A stretch of DNA of 64,000 nt, taken from NCBI GenBank assembly GCA_965226375.1, contig CBDDCX010000008.1, positions 448,001 through 512,000 on the forward strand. Reading direction: 5' to 3'. Below, one piece after another: positions 10,553-20,724 of this stretch. The stretch's first letter is position 1, and each line of letters starts with the position of its first letter. The notes beneath the pieces were generated by a model. That model made no database searches. It saw only the letters and a program-made list of their open reading frames with translations, and was not told the DNA's origin. A program made the translations under genes and the position numbers. The DNA comes from Longimicrobiales bacterium. Lineage in GTDB: Bacteria; Gemmatimonadota; Gemmatimonadetes; Longimicrobiales; Gaopeijiaceae.

Positions 10553-11752
10553 ATGACTGTGTCTCGTCGTTCCTTCGTGGCCGGTGCCGCAGCCGCGGCC
10601 CTCACGCGGCCAACGTCCCTCTCCTCCATGACCCACCAGACCTTAGATATCACGGAGCGATTCGATCCGTGGTTGGAGATCGATGCTGCCGCCCTCCGAT
10701 ACAACGTCGGGGTGGTCTCCCGATTGGCCGGGGGCCGTCCCATCATGGCGGTCATCAAGAACAACGCCTATGGACTGGGCGTGACTACGGTCGCGTCAAT
10801 CCTGGAGGAGCTTCCGGAGATCATGGGGTTCGCGGTGGTCAAGACGCAGGCCGCGTTCACCCTGCGTGACGCCGGGATTCGCAAGCCGGTCTTGCTGATG
10901 GCGCTGTTTTCCGAGGCCGACGGGGCGGATCTCGTCGCTCAGGATATCGATCTGATCCTGGCGACCGACGACTCGGGTGAGCGTGTGGCCAAGGCTGCCC
11001 GGCAGGCGGGACGTCAACCGCGGGTCCATATCTACATGGATACCGGGATGAGCCGCATGGGCATTCCGTACCATCGCGCCCTCCCGTGGCTCGAAGACGT
11101 GGCGCCCCTCGGGCTCGATGTCCGAAGCACGTTCATGGGGTGCACGGAGAAGCCGGACTTCGACCCCGAGCAGCTTCGACGCTTCAAGGAGGTCACGGCG
11201 ACTGCGAAGGCACGAGGGTTCGAGCTCGGTGCTCTCCACGCAGCCTCGTCGAACGGTGTGTATCACCTCCCGGAAGCGCATCTCGACATGGTCCGCCCCG
11301 GCATCGCCCTTTACGGCGCCTACCCCAGCGACGCCGAGAGCGAGCACGCCAAGGCCGAGTTGCACCCGGCGGTGAGTCTGCGAGCTCGGATCGTCAGGGT
11401 CGAACGCCTCCGCGCCGGTGACACGGTCAGCTACGGTGGGAATTACACGGCCGAGCGCCCGACCTGGATCGCGACGGTGCCGGTCGGCCACACGGACGGC
11501 TATCCGCGTCAGGCGGTCAATGGAGCCAAGATCCTGGTCAACGGCACCCTCTATCCGGCCATCGGGGCGGTGAGCGCCAGCCATACCATCATCGAGGTGG
11601 GCGAAGAGCCTGATGTGTCCATCGGCGATGTCGCGACCCTGCTGGGTCCTGACGATCCGGCGATCAGGCCCAACGCCCTGGCGGAGGTAAGCGGATCGGT
11701 CTACGACGTGTTGATGCACCTGAACCCGGGGCTACCGAAGGTCCTCGTATAG
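10553..11752 (+). CDS. alr: Alanine racemase family protein with Tat signal
   Basis: AVIKNNAYG (PLP Lys), DTGMSRMG, MVRPGIALYG, VSYGG (catalytic Tyr); SRRSFV Tat motif. Confidence 0.85.
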   Translation: MTVSRRSFVAGAAAAALTRPTSLSSMTHQTLDITERFDPWLEIDAAALRYNVGVVSRLAGGRPIMAVIKNNAYGLGVTTVASILEELPEIMGFAVVKTQAAFTLRDAGIRKPVLLMALFSEADGADLVAQDIDLILATDDSGERVAKAARQAGRQPRVHIYMDTGMSRMGIPYHRALPWLEDVAPLGLDVRSTFMGCTEKPDFDPEQLRRFKEVTATAKARGFELGALHAASSNGVYHLPEAHLDMVRPGIALYGAYPSDAESEHAKAELHPAVSLRARIVRVERLRAGDTVSYGGNYTAERPTWIATVPVGHTDGYPRQAVNGAKILVNGTLYPAIGAVSASHTIIEVGEEPDVSIGDVATLLGPDDPAIRPNALAEVSGSVYDVLMHLNPGLPKVLV

Positions 11753-11778
11753 GCGGTCTGCCGCCGGGATACACCACA

Positions 11779-12723
11779 CTAGCGTACCTCGGCCAACAGG
11801 CATAACAGCTCGTACATCATCGTTGCTCCGATGAGGGCGGTGGTCCCACTCGGGTCGTAGGCCGGCGCCACCTCCACCACATCGGCACCGATCAGTCGGA
11901 CACCGCGCAGCTTTCGCAGCAGGGTCAGGCTCTCCACGGTGGTCAGGCCGCCCACCTCGGGAGTGCCCGTGCCGGGTGCGAAAGCCGGATCCAGGCTGTC
12001 GATGTCGAACGAGAGGTAGGTCGGTCCGGATCCGACGACTCGTCGGGCCTCCTTGGCCACCGCATCGATCCCCATGCGGGTGACATCTTCCATGAACAGC
12101 ACCCGCATGCCGCTGGACTGCGAAAAGTCCCATCCCTCGCTCGAATTCTGCGCCCCTCGAATGCCGATCTGCACCGTACGCTCAGGATCGATCAGGCCTT
12201 CCTCGGTCGCCCGGCGGAACGGTGCGCCGTGGCTGTAGGGGGAGCCCATGTATTCGTCCCAGGTGTCGGTGTGGGCGTCGACGTGGATCAGGCCCACCGG
12301 TTGCTCAGACGCTATGGCGCGGAGGATGGGGAGCGTGATGGAGTGGTCGCCTCCGGCGGCCAGTGGAGTCACCCCTTCGCGGTGAAAAGCAGAGAAGAAC
12401 TCTTCGATGTCGGCGTGGGCCCCCTCGATGTCGTACGCCCTGGAGAAGGGGACGTCTCCTCCGTCACCGACCCGGCAGAGCTCGTACGGGTCGATCCGCG
12501 TCGATGGGTGGATGGAGCGCATCATACTCGAGGCGTTTCTGATCTCCCGCGGACCGTGCCTGGCCCCGGGGCGGTTCGTCACAGCCCCGTCGTACGGGAC
12601 CCCGATCATGGCGATGTCGAAGACGGACAGATCGTCGATCAACGGCGCCCGCATGAAGGAGGCGATCTCCATATAACGAGGGGCCGACATGGGATCCTGT
12701 CCGCGTGGGGTGTTCTGACTCAA
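11779..12723 (-). CDS. speB: Agmatinase / ureohydrolase
   Basis: GGDHSIT, DAHTD, SFDIDSLDPAFAPGTGTP motifs. Confidence 0.88.
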   Translation of the reverse strand: MSQNTPRGQDPMSAPRYMEIASFMRAPLIDDLSVFDIAMIGVPYDGAVTNRPGARHGPREIRNASSMMRSIHPSTRIDPYELCRVGDGGDVPFSRAYDIEGAHADIEEFFSAFHREGVTPLAAGGDHSITLPILRAIASEQPVGLIHVDAHTDTWDEYMGSPYSHGAPFRRATEEGLIDPERTVQIGIRGAQNSSEGWDFSQSSGMRVLFMEDVTRMGIDAVAKEARRVVGSGPTYLSFDIDSLDPAFAPGTGTPEVGGLTTVESLTLLRKLRGVRLIGADVVEVAPAYDPSGTTALIGATMMYELLCLLAEVR

Positions 12724-13142
12724 TAGACCTCCCAGACACCGGGGCTAGCCAATTCGACGAGGTGATCGTCGGGATCGCGAAAGTAGAGGCTTTGGCCTCC
12801 GCGTGGCCAATCGATCTCGCTCTCGATTTCGATTCCCTGGGTAACGAGGTGATCGCGCCAAACCGGGAGCTGCTCGGCGTCCACCGCGAACGCGAAGTGG
12901 GCGGGTCCGCTGCCGTCGTGCGCAGGCATCCACTCGCTGGACGTGCCGAGACCGGACGCGGTGGCACCACGCAGGAAGAGGAGCAGGACCGTACCCTCCC
13001 CGGCGTCGAGGGCATTTAGACGGGCGCTGGTGCTGAGGGCGCGTAGACCCAGCACGTCGCTATAGAAGGCTCGTGCACGCTCCAGGTCGTCAACGTAAAG
13101 TGCCGTCTCCAGCACGCGGCGGATGGGTGGAGGAGTGCTCAT
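12720..13142 (-). CDS. VOC / glyoxalase family protein
   Basis: ETALYVDDL, HFAF, SLYFRDPDxHLVEL. Confidence 0.88.
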   Translation of the reverse strand: MSTPPPIRRVLETALYVDDLERARAFYSDVLGLRALSTSARLNALDAGEGTVLLLFLRGATASGLGTSSEWMPAHDGSGPAHFAFAVDAEQLPVWRDHLVTQGIEIESEIDWPRGGQSLYFRDPDDHLVELASPGVWEVY

Positions 13143-13157
13143 GACAAGGCGTTACGG

Positions 13158-13568
13158 CTAGTTGGGTTCCAGAATCCCTGCCCACGGCACATCCGCGTCG
13201 GGGGTTCGCCGCCACAGCATGTTCCTCTGATTCGGAAAGTAGATCCGACCCCCATCCTCCTGTGTGAGGTAGAACCGGAACGAGTAGATGTCGTTCTCGT
13301 CTCCGCGATATTCGATCGAGTACAGGGGGAGGTCATCGTGAATGAGTTGCACCTCTTGAATCCTGTGCACCGAGAACGTGTCCCCGCCCTGGAGCAGGTA
13401 GATGTAGTCCTCCGTGATCTCGAACGCCCGGTCGGCATACTCCAACGCGTCCGTGGTCCATCTGCCGGTGACGTCCGCGGGGGGCGTCTCGACAATCTCG
13501 GGTCCGCACGCCGCCACGATCATCGACACGCAGGCTGTGGAAAGCCAGGTCCGGAGCTTGGTCATCAT
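13158..13568 (-). CDS. Hypothetical lipoprotein, paralog B
   Basis: Lipobox VAAC; aligns along its length with the upstream paralog. Confidence 0.65.
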   Translation of the reverse strand: MMTKLRTWLSTACVSMIVAACGPEIVETPPADVTGRWTTDALEYADRAFEITEDYIYLLQGGDTFSVHRIQEVQLIHDDLPLYSIEYRGDENDIYSFRFYLTQEDGGRIYFPNQRNMLWRRTPDADVPWAGILEPN

Positions 13569-13575
13569 CGATCCC

Positions 13576-13992
13576 TCACGGTGACCCGGCAACATTGGAT
13601 GCTTCCGCCTGATGGGTACGATGCCACAGCAGCTCCCTCTGGTTCGGAAAGTAGAGAGTGCCCCCCTTGGCCTGACTGAGGTAGAAGCGGAAGGTGAAGA
13701 GTTCGTCTCCTTCGCCCGTGTATTCGATCGAGTAGAATGGCAAGTCATCGTGACTCAGGCTGACCAGGTCGATCTTGTCCGAAGAAATGGTGTCGCCACC
13801 CTGGAGCAGGTGCAGCTCCTCCGTCGTGATCTCGAACGCCCGATCGGCGTAGCCCTCGTCCTCGGTCGTCCAGTGGCCGAGGATCTCAGCGGGCGCCGTC
13901 TCGAAGGTCTCGGAGTCGCACGCGGACACAGCCAAGAGGAGGCTGGCTACTCCGCGCGCCGCGCACAGGGGTCTCCGTCCGGAGCGTGCCAT
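13576..13992 (-). CDS. Hypothetical lipoprotein, paralog A
   Basis: Lipobox VSAC; ATG overlaps the HD-GYP stop (TGATG). Confidence 0.65.
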   Translation of the reverse strand: MARSGRRPLCAARGVASLLLAVSACDSETFETAPAEILGHWTTEDEGYADRAFEITTEELHLLQGGDTISSDKIDLVSLSHDDLPFYSIEYTGEGDELFTFRFYLSQAKGGTLYFPNQRELLWHRTHQAEASNVAGSP

Positions 13993-15721
13993 CAGTTTGT
14001 CCCCAACTCCGCCATCAGGCCGGCCCTGGCCCCGATGGCCTCCATGGCACGGCGAGGGACATCTCCTGAGCGCATGACCTCGACAAAGGCGTCTACGGTG
14101 TCTGGGTCGAACTGTGTGCCGGAGCACTCGACGATGACGTCGACGGCCTCCGGGGCATTTCTGCCTGAACGGTAAGGACGGTCGGACTGCAGGGCATCGA
14201 AGGTGTCCGCGACGCACAGGATGCGTGCCAGGAGGGGAATATCGGTTCCCCTGAGCCCTTCAGGATACCCCAGGCCGTCCATGCGCTCATGATGATACAA
14301 GACGATGGGGAGCACATCGGACAAGGCCTTCAAAGGCTCGAGGATTCGAGCGCCGATGGTGGTGTGGTCCTGCATGGTCTGCGTTTCTTCGTCCGTGAGC
14401 GGTCCGTTCTTATCGATGATGGTGACCGGGATTCCGATCTTGCCGATGTCGTGTAGCAGGCCGCCCCGATGCAGGCGATCGAGCTCCTCGTCGGGCAGGC
14501 CCATGGTCCGGGCGATCAGGACACCCATCTGGGCAACCCGCTCGGAGTGACCGGCCGTCCAGTGAGACTTGGCATCGATGGTGCGGGCCAAGGTGGCGAT
14601 GGTACTCCAACTGAGATCTTCCAACTCCTCGAAGAGGGTGCCGACCTGTCGGGCCATATCGTTGAAGGATTCCGCGAGTTCTTCGAACTCATCACCGCTG
14701 GAGATGTGAGCGCGTGCACTGAAGTCCTTCGCGGCCAGGCGGCGCGTCCCCTCTCGGAGCTGGGCCAACGGTTCCATGCTCTGACGGATCCGCATGGCGG
14801 CGAGGAGAACGACTACGGCCAGCGTCAGCACCAGGAAGCCGCTCAGGCTCCTTCGGAAGTCGCTCAGCGTGGCCAGCATCGCCTCTTCGCTCTCCCCCAC
14901 CACTACCGTCCAGTTTTCGGAGTTGAAGCCTCTGAGATAGACCCTCCGGTAGTGGCCATTATATCTCTTGGCACCATTGATCACGACACGGCCCCATGAA
15001 GCGAGTCTTCGGGGATCGACATGCCTTCGGGCGGGCCGGCCGTCGTCCAAGATACTAGACCTCCGGCGCAGTCTATGGGTCGAAGCAGCGGATCGAGGAT
15101 GCAGTAGCCCTTGTCGTCCTGAAAGTCGACCTCGGTGTTGGCGATGCTAGTGGCGTAGACCTGCGCCGTGGACCATAGGCTGTCGCCGATGACCCGCCCC
15201 CAGAGCACGCCGTCCTCGGGTCTGTCCGTATTCCACGCCCTGGCAATCAGGACTTGGAGGTCTCCTTCGGCCGCACCCTGAGCGACTGCCAGGGCCGACT
15301 GCCCCAGGATCACATTACCCTGTGCCATGGCACCCAACTCGGGGACCTCTCGGAGGGAGCCCACCAGGATCGTGGGGGCACCGCCGACGTTCGAGACCAG
15401 GCTGACGTCGCTGAGGCGTCTGAGATCCTCCGACCGCAACGGCGTCTCGATTCCAGCCTGCACTGCCGCCGCTAAGGGGTTGGACGCTGCCGCCAGGAGT
15501 ATCATCTCGCTTTCGATGGCCTGCACTCGCTCGATGATGGCCATAGCAGCGTCGGTCGTCGCCTGATCCATGCGCGCGCCGGTCTGGTTCTCGAGTTCCG
15601 TGCGGACCCGTCTGTACGAGATCACGGCCAGCGTGGCCGTGGGGAGGAGGGCGGAAAGGAAGAAGAGGAAGACGATCTTCCTGCCCAGCTTCGTTCTGAA
15701 ATGACGGACGTCGAAGATCAT
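13992..15721 (-). CDS. Membrane sensor with HAMP and HD-GYP phosphodiesterase domains, frameshifted near 14982
   Basis: Two TM segments flanking a periplasmic domain; HAMP (DEFEELAESFNDM); GHSERV, HDIGK, HHERMDGLGYP; split over two ORFs. Confidence 0.85.
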
Positions 15722-15749
15722 GCGCTAAGCCGAGGCAACGTTCATCACG

Positions 15750-16310
15750 TTAGAAATCCGCGGCCAACCCGACGAAAGCCCCGTCCATAGCGCGCAGAAT
15801 GTCGTCCTGGCTCACCTTTGCCGAGAGAGGTTTCTTGCTCTCGCCGTCCAACCCCAGGCTGTACAGATCGTAGTCGCTGTTGAGAGGAACCAGGAACTTG
15901 TCCTTTCGTCCCCCCGCGGAGGCGCCCTTCTTACCGGTATCAAGGGGCTGGTAGGAATACGGATTACCCCACGGGTCCAGCATTCCCGCCCGCCCGATGG
16001 CGGCCAAGCTGACGGGCGATGCGTAGTTGTCCTCGATGTAGATGGCCAGCTCGGATTCCATGACCCGAATGTCGGCGATGGCGCGCACGTTCATCGCACG
16101 TTCCCGGGCCCGCTGAAAGGTAGGTGCAGTCATGGACGCGAGCGTGCCGATGATCACCGTGACTATGAGGAGTTCCAGCAAGGTGAAGCCCTGATAGATC
16201 TCTTCTAGTTCGCGCCGCCGCCGGACTCGATCGCGTGACTTCAACAGCGGGGTCCTCAGGGTCCGTTGCCTTTCATCTGCGTGGAAGAACGAAGACTCTG
16301 AAGCAAACAT
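15750..16310 (-). CDS. Prepilin-type N-methylation domain protein (GspG-like pseudopilin)
   Basis: G|FTLLELL class III signal with E5; DPWGNPY and YDLYSLGxDG. Confidence 0.85.
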   Translation of the reverse strand: MFASESSFFHADERQRTLRTPLLKSRDRVRRRRELEEIYQGFTLLELLIVTVIIGTLASMTAPTFQRARERAMNVRAIADIRVMESELAIYIEDNYASPVSLAAIGRAGMLDPWGNPYSYQPLDTGKKGASAGGRKDKFLVPLNSDYDLYSLGLDGESKKPLSAKVSQDDILRAMDGAFVGLAADF

Positions 16311-16406
16311 CTGAATTTCGGTATGTAAAAGTTACACTCCCACCCCGAAAAGATGAAAGGATTTTGCGTCAGCTGGAATCGCAGAACGCATAGGTGGTGG
16401 GGGCCG

Positions 16407-17828
16407 CTAGGAGACCAGAAGGACGTAGGCGACCGCCATTGCCAGGTGCAGGAGGGCGAAGGGAAGCGCCTTCCTCACGAACGCCACGAAGGAGAGCGGG
16501 ACGCCGTGCTTGCGCATGACCGTCACGGCCACGAGGGTCGACGCCGACCCGATGGGTGTGATGTTGCCGCCCAGGTTAGCGCCGAAGATGACCGCCCACC
16601 ATAGAGGATCGTCAGGGGGGCGCAGCCCGCCACTCGCCATGGGAATCCCCGCGATGATCTTCGAGAGCATGGCGGCCAGCGGGATGTTGTCCGTCACCGA
16701 GCTGAACGCCGCCGATGAAAGCAGGACGGCCGTGGTGCCGGCCCTCGGACCCAGCGCGATAAGGCTCTCCACGCCACGGCCGATAAGCGCCAGAACCTGC
16801 GCGTGCTCCATCACCGAGATGACGACGAACAGCGCGGCGAAGAAGGCGAGCAGGTCCCAGTCGATGGTTCGGTAGAACTCGTCGACCTCGTGCTTGTAGC
16901 GTATCAACATGATGGCGGCGAATGCCAGAGCGATGAAGCCCATGCCCAAGTCGCCGACGAACGGAGTGATCGACGCCGTTGCGATCGCCACGATGAAGAG
17001 GATGAGCATGGCCGCGCCGAACCAGAAGAACCCACGGCTTTCGATACCGTCCCTCTCATCGAACCCGGCAACGAGGCGTGCCGCTTCTTCGATCTCCTCG
17101 GGTGCGGCGAGGCCATGGATCCCGAAGAGCCTGGCGCCGAGCATGAGCGTGGCGACGCTTGCCACGACCACGAACGGCGCGGATTTGAAGAAGAAAGCCA
17201 TGAAGCTGATGCCGGCCGCCGCTCCGACGATGATGTTGGGGACCGAACTGATGAGCGTCAGCAGCCCTCCGATATTGGTGAGCAGTCCCTCGATCAGGAG
17301 AAACCCCAGGAGCTTGTCGGATCGTTCGAGCTTGGCCAGGGAGACGGCGGAGAGCGACCCCACGATGATCATGGCGGTGACGTTGTTGAGGACGGCGGAG
17401 AAGGCGACGGTCATGAGGCCGTAGTACCAAAGCAGCTTGAGGGGATCTCCACGCGACGCCTTGGTGAGTTTGATGGCGATCCATGTGAATAGGCCGGAGC
17501 GCGACGTTACGTCTACGAAGAGGCTGGCTCCCAGAATGATCGTGATGACCCCCCAGTCGATCGCCGGGATGTAGACGGGCATGTCCACCTCGTGCCCGCC
17601 GATCAGGTAGGGTCCGAATGGAAGCGGAAGTAGGACTGCTCCGAGAAGCAGGGTCACCACCGCGAACAACCCCACGATGAGCGACTTCTGAGCGTGGAGT
17701 TTCTCCTCCAGGGCCAGGCACACGATCATGCCCGTCAGGAGAGTGGCGAAGAGCATCGTGACCGGGAGCGTCACCTCGGGTGCCGGCCCGTGGGCTACCC
17801 CCTGCACAAGAATCGACGGGAGCGCCAT
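16407..17828 (-). CDS. ArsB/NhaD/SLC13-type ion transporter permease
   Basis: Many TM helices; SAxLNNVT, TNIGG, DNIP, GANLGGNITPIGSA; start overlaps the USP stop. Confidence 0.82.
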   Translation of the reverse strand: MALPSILVQGVAHGPAPEVTLPVTMLFATLLTGMIVCLALEEKLHAQKSLIVGLFAVVTLLLGAVLLPLPFGPYLIGGHEVDMPVYIPAIDWGVITIILGASLFVDVTSRSGLFTWIAIKLTKASRGDPLKLLWYYGLMTVAFSAVLNNVTAMIIVGSLSAVSLAKLERSDKLLGFLLIEGLLTNIGGLLTLISSVPNIIVGAAAGISFMAFFFKSAPFVVVASVATLMLGARLFGIHGLAAPEEIEEAARLVAGFDERDGIESRGFFWFGAAMLILFIVAIATASITPFVGDLGMGFIALAFAAIMLIRYKHEVDEFYRTIDWDLLAFFAALFVVISVMEHAQVLALIGRGVESLIALGPRAGTTAVLLSSAAFSSVTDNIPLAAMLSKIIAGIPMASGGLRPPDDPLWWAVIFGANLGGNITPIGSASTLVAVTVMRKHGVPLSFVAFVRKALPFALLHLAMAVAYVLLVS

Positions 17829-18688
17829 CACAGCATCAGGAGCGGAATGGTCCGCAACTCGATAGCCAGCGGATACGCCAGCCCATGCATGGCAAGCTGA
17901 TCCTCGTCCTTGGTGTTCATGACCAGGAGGTCGACGGCGTGCTCCTCGACGAGGCGGCGGTACTCTTGGATGTGGTGTCCTGAAGTGACCAGGGACTCGA
18001 CCGTGAGGGAGGGGATGCTCCTCGCGAGGCCGACCCGGCACGATTCGATATAGTCTCTCGGGTCCTTGATCAGGCGGGCTGCGATCTCACTTCTTGCCGC
18101 GTCCGTGTCGATGGTGGAGATCTTCGATATGGCCTCCATGTAGCGCTCGAATACCGCCCCGTCTTCTACGTGGCTGAGGTATAGTGAGCCATCGTTCTGA
18201 GTGTACCGGGCCGCATGGTTGACCAGCCGGTTGTCTCCCGTCAGGTGGTCGGTCAAGGCCATGACGGTATGGGTACGACGACGGGCCACATGCTGCGACT
18301 CGGCTCGTTCCGGGTGAGGCATGACGAGAACGGGTGTCGTGGTCGCCTGGGTCAGAACGTCCACGTACTCACCCAGCGTATACGGCCAGCGCCAGCTCTC
18401 GGAGTGCAGGTGGCGGTACGTACAGATCAGTCCCGGGTGTTCTCCTTCAACCAACACCAGCAGATCGGGAACGTTGCTGAACTCGTTTCCGTGGACCACG
18501 CGCCACCGGATGTTCTCGGTCTGATCGAGGACTTCGAGGAACGCGCGCGTCTGGGCCGCGAAGTCATCCGCTTGTGAGGCGTCACGGTCGGAAACGACCA
18601 GAACCGAGGCGACCTCCACCGGCTCCGGCGTAAAGACCGTCCGGGCAGCGGCCCGGAAGACACTCTCGAACTGGTCGACCTTGGTCAC
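17828..18688 (-). CDS. Tandem universal stress protein-like protein
   Basis: C-terminal VEEHAVDLLVMNT...IPLLML and internal PVLVMP resemble two USP domains. Confidence 0.6.
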   Translation of the reverse strand: MTKVDQFESVFRAAARTVFTPEPVEVASVLVVSDRDASQADDFAAQTRAFLEVLDQTENIRWRVVHGNEFSNVPDLLVLVEGEHPGLICTYRHLHSESWRWPYTLGEYVDVLTQATTTPVLVMPHPERAESQHVARRRTHTVMALTDHLTGDNRLVNHAARYTQNDGSLYLSHVEDGAVFERYMEAISKISTIDTDAARSEIAARLIKDPRDYIESCRVGLARSIPSLTVESLVTSGHHIQEYRRLVEEHAVDLLVMNTKDEDQLAMHGLAYPLAIELRTIPLLML

Positions 18689-19269
18689 GACCGTGGCGAC
18701 CGTGAGGCGCGTTTTCGTTCGGACGCCGGGGCGGTGTTGGCCTGTGCTATCGACGCCTGGAAGATCGTCACCCCCGTCTCGCCGCTCAGGCGGGTCCGAC
18801 CCCGTAACGCCGGTGGCAGGGCTTGATCACGCGCGTGCTCAACGCCGAGGATTCGCGAGAACGGACACTCGGCCCACACGCGGAGAATGCGATCCAGTTT
18901 CCGGGAGCCGTACGGGGCGTCCACGAAGGCGATGTCGTACCTACCTTCATCCAGGGCTTCGACGAAGGGGATGGCGTCGCGCTTGAAGATCCTGGTCCGC
19001 TTCGTCTCCCTGAGCGCCGCCACGTTGGCCTTGAGAGCGTGGAGTGCCTTCGCCCCGTTCTCGACGAAGTCTGCGGACTTCGCACCTCGGGACAAGGCCT
19101 CGAGCCCGAGCGCTCCCGACCCGGCGAAGAGGTCGAGTACGCGTGCTCCGTCCAAGTCCCCCTCCAGGCGACCGAGCCAACGATCACGGACGCTCTCTGC
19201 TGTGGGACGGACTCGCTTGCCCGGCGACGTCAGACGTCGATCGGCGTACTTTCCGGCTACGATACGCAT
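18685..19269 (-). CDS. rsmD: 16S rRNA m2G966 methyltransferase
   Basis: MRIVAG, RPT, VLDLFAGSGALGLEALSRGA, DAPY. Confidence 0.9.
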   Translation of the reverse strand: MRIVAGKYADRRLTSPGKRVRPTAESVRDRWLGRLEGDLDGARVLDLFAGSGALGLEALSRGAKSADFVENGAKALHALKANVAALRETKRTRIFKRDAIPFVEALDEGRYDIAFVDAPYGSRKLDRILRVWAECPFSRILGVEHARDQALPPALRGRTRLSGETGVTIFQASIAQANTAPASERKRASRSPRS

Positions 19270-19281
19270 CTCGCTGCCCCC

Positions 19282-20643
19282 TCAGCCGGGCGTGCCGGCG
19301 GGTCCGGGGGTGCCGGCGGGTCCGGCCGACCGCCCACTCGCCGCCATGCCGGCCTCCTCGTCGACCCCCATCAGGATCAACCCGCCCACAAGGAAGAATA
19401 CCATTATGATTCCGACTCCGACGCGCTGATTCCCGAACAGGGTGATGGCTAGGCCGTAGAGGAACGGTCCCATGAACGCCATGGCTTTACCCGAGAACGC
19501 GAAGAACCCGTAGAACTCGGTCTCCCTATCGGGGGGCACGAAACGCCCCAACAGCGAGCGACTGGCGGCCTGGTTGGGCCCCACGAAGACTCCCACGAAC
19601 ACACCGGCCAGGAACATGGAAATCTTGGCGCTGGCCACGGTGGCCCACAGGGTCGCGATGAACAACCCGACCAGCGAGATCAGGATGGTCTTGCGGCCCC
19701 CGATGCGGTCGTCCAGGAACCCCATGGCGAACGCACCGAGACCTGCCGTCACGTTCAGTGCCAGCCCCCAGAGCATGACTTCCGTGAGCGTGAACCCGAA
19801 CACTTCGGCGGCGTAGAGCGGGCCCAGCGCGAAGATCGTCACGAGCCCGTCGTTGTAGATCATCCGGGCGACGAGCAGCCGCACGATCTGGCCATAGCGT
19901 TTGATCTCCCGGAACGTATCGGCGAGCTGCTTGGCCGTGCCCCTCAGGAGTTCTCCCAGGGGCGGGGGATCGGGGTGCACGGGTTCCGGCACCCACCGGA
20001 ACATCGGAATTGCGAAGACCCCGAACCACACCGCCACGAGGACCGTGGTGGCTCGCACGTTCTGAAAGAGCGACTCCTCTCCAGTGCCCAACCCGAACCA
20101 CGGGTTCTCGGCCTGCACGAAACCGACAAGTGCTATGCCCATGGCCACCAGACCTCCCAGGTAACCGAGGGCCCAGCCATAGCCGGACACCCTTCCGATG
20201 TCGTCGGAGCCGGCGAGGTCGGGCAGGTAGGAATTGTAGAAGACGCCCGACAGCTCGAACGCGATGTTGGTCACCACGAAGACCCCGAACGCGAACATGA
20301 CCTGACCCGGGGTGGGGAAGTAGAGCAGCACACTTCCCAGGACGGCGATGACCGTACTGATCAGCAGATAGCGGCGTCGATGCCCACCTCGGTCGGCCAG
20401 CGCGCCGAGGAACGGCGAGGTCAGGGCGACGATGACGGCCGTAAGGGCGATCCCGTTCGCCCAGATCTTGGTTCCCGTGTCTCCGTCCGGTGCGATCTCC
20501 TGGGCGAAGAAGAACGAGTAGATGAATGTCACGATGAGCGTCGTGAACGCCGAGTTGCCGAAGTCGTAGAAAGCCCATCCCCAGATTGCCTTCTTACCGG
20601 CCGGGGTTCGGGTCTGCGCTTCAGCCGCCTGGTCTTGCGCCAT
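19282..20643 (-). CDS. MFS transporter (UMF1/Atg22-like)
   Basis: WAFYDFGNSAF, FYNSYLP, QAASRSL, EFYGFF; about 12 TM helices. Confidence 0.85.
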   Translation of the reverse strand: MAQDQAAEAQTRTPAGKKAIWGWAFYDFGNSAFTTLIVTFIYSFFFAQEIAPDGDTGTKIWANGIALTAVIVALTSPFLGALADRGGHRRRYLLISTVIAVLGSVLLYFPTPGQVMFAFGVFVVTNIAFELSGVFYNSYLPDLAGSDDIGRVSGYGWALGYLGGLVAMGIALVGFVQAENPWFGLGTGEESLFQNVRATTVLVAVWFGVFAIPMFRWVPEPVHPDPPPLGELLRGTAKQLADTFREIKRYGQIVRLLVARMIYNDGLVTIFALGPLYAAEVFGFTLTEVMLWGLALNVTAGLGAFAMGFLDDRIGGRKTILISLVGLFIATLWATVASAKISMFLAGVFVGVFVGPNQAASRSLLGRFVPPDRETEFYGFFAFSGKAMAFMGPFLYGLAITLFGNQRVGVGIIMVFFLVGGLILMGVDEEAGMAASGRSAGPAGTPGPAGTPG

Positions 20644-20724
20644 GTCGTCTACTCGTCCGTCTGGTTGAGATTGTCGTCCGTTCGCTGTAGGGGACGGGTC
20701 CGCTCGTGAATCGGCAACGGGACA

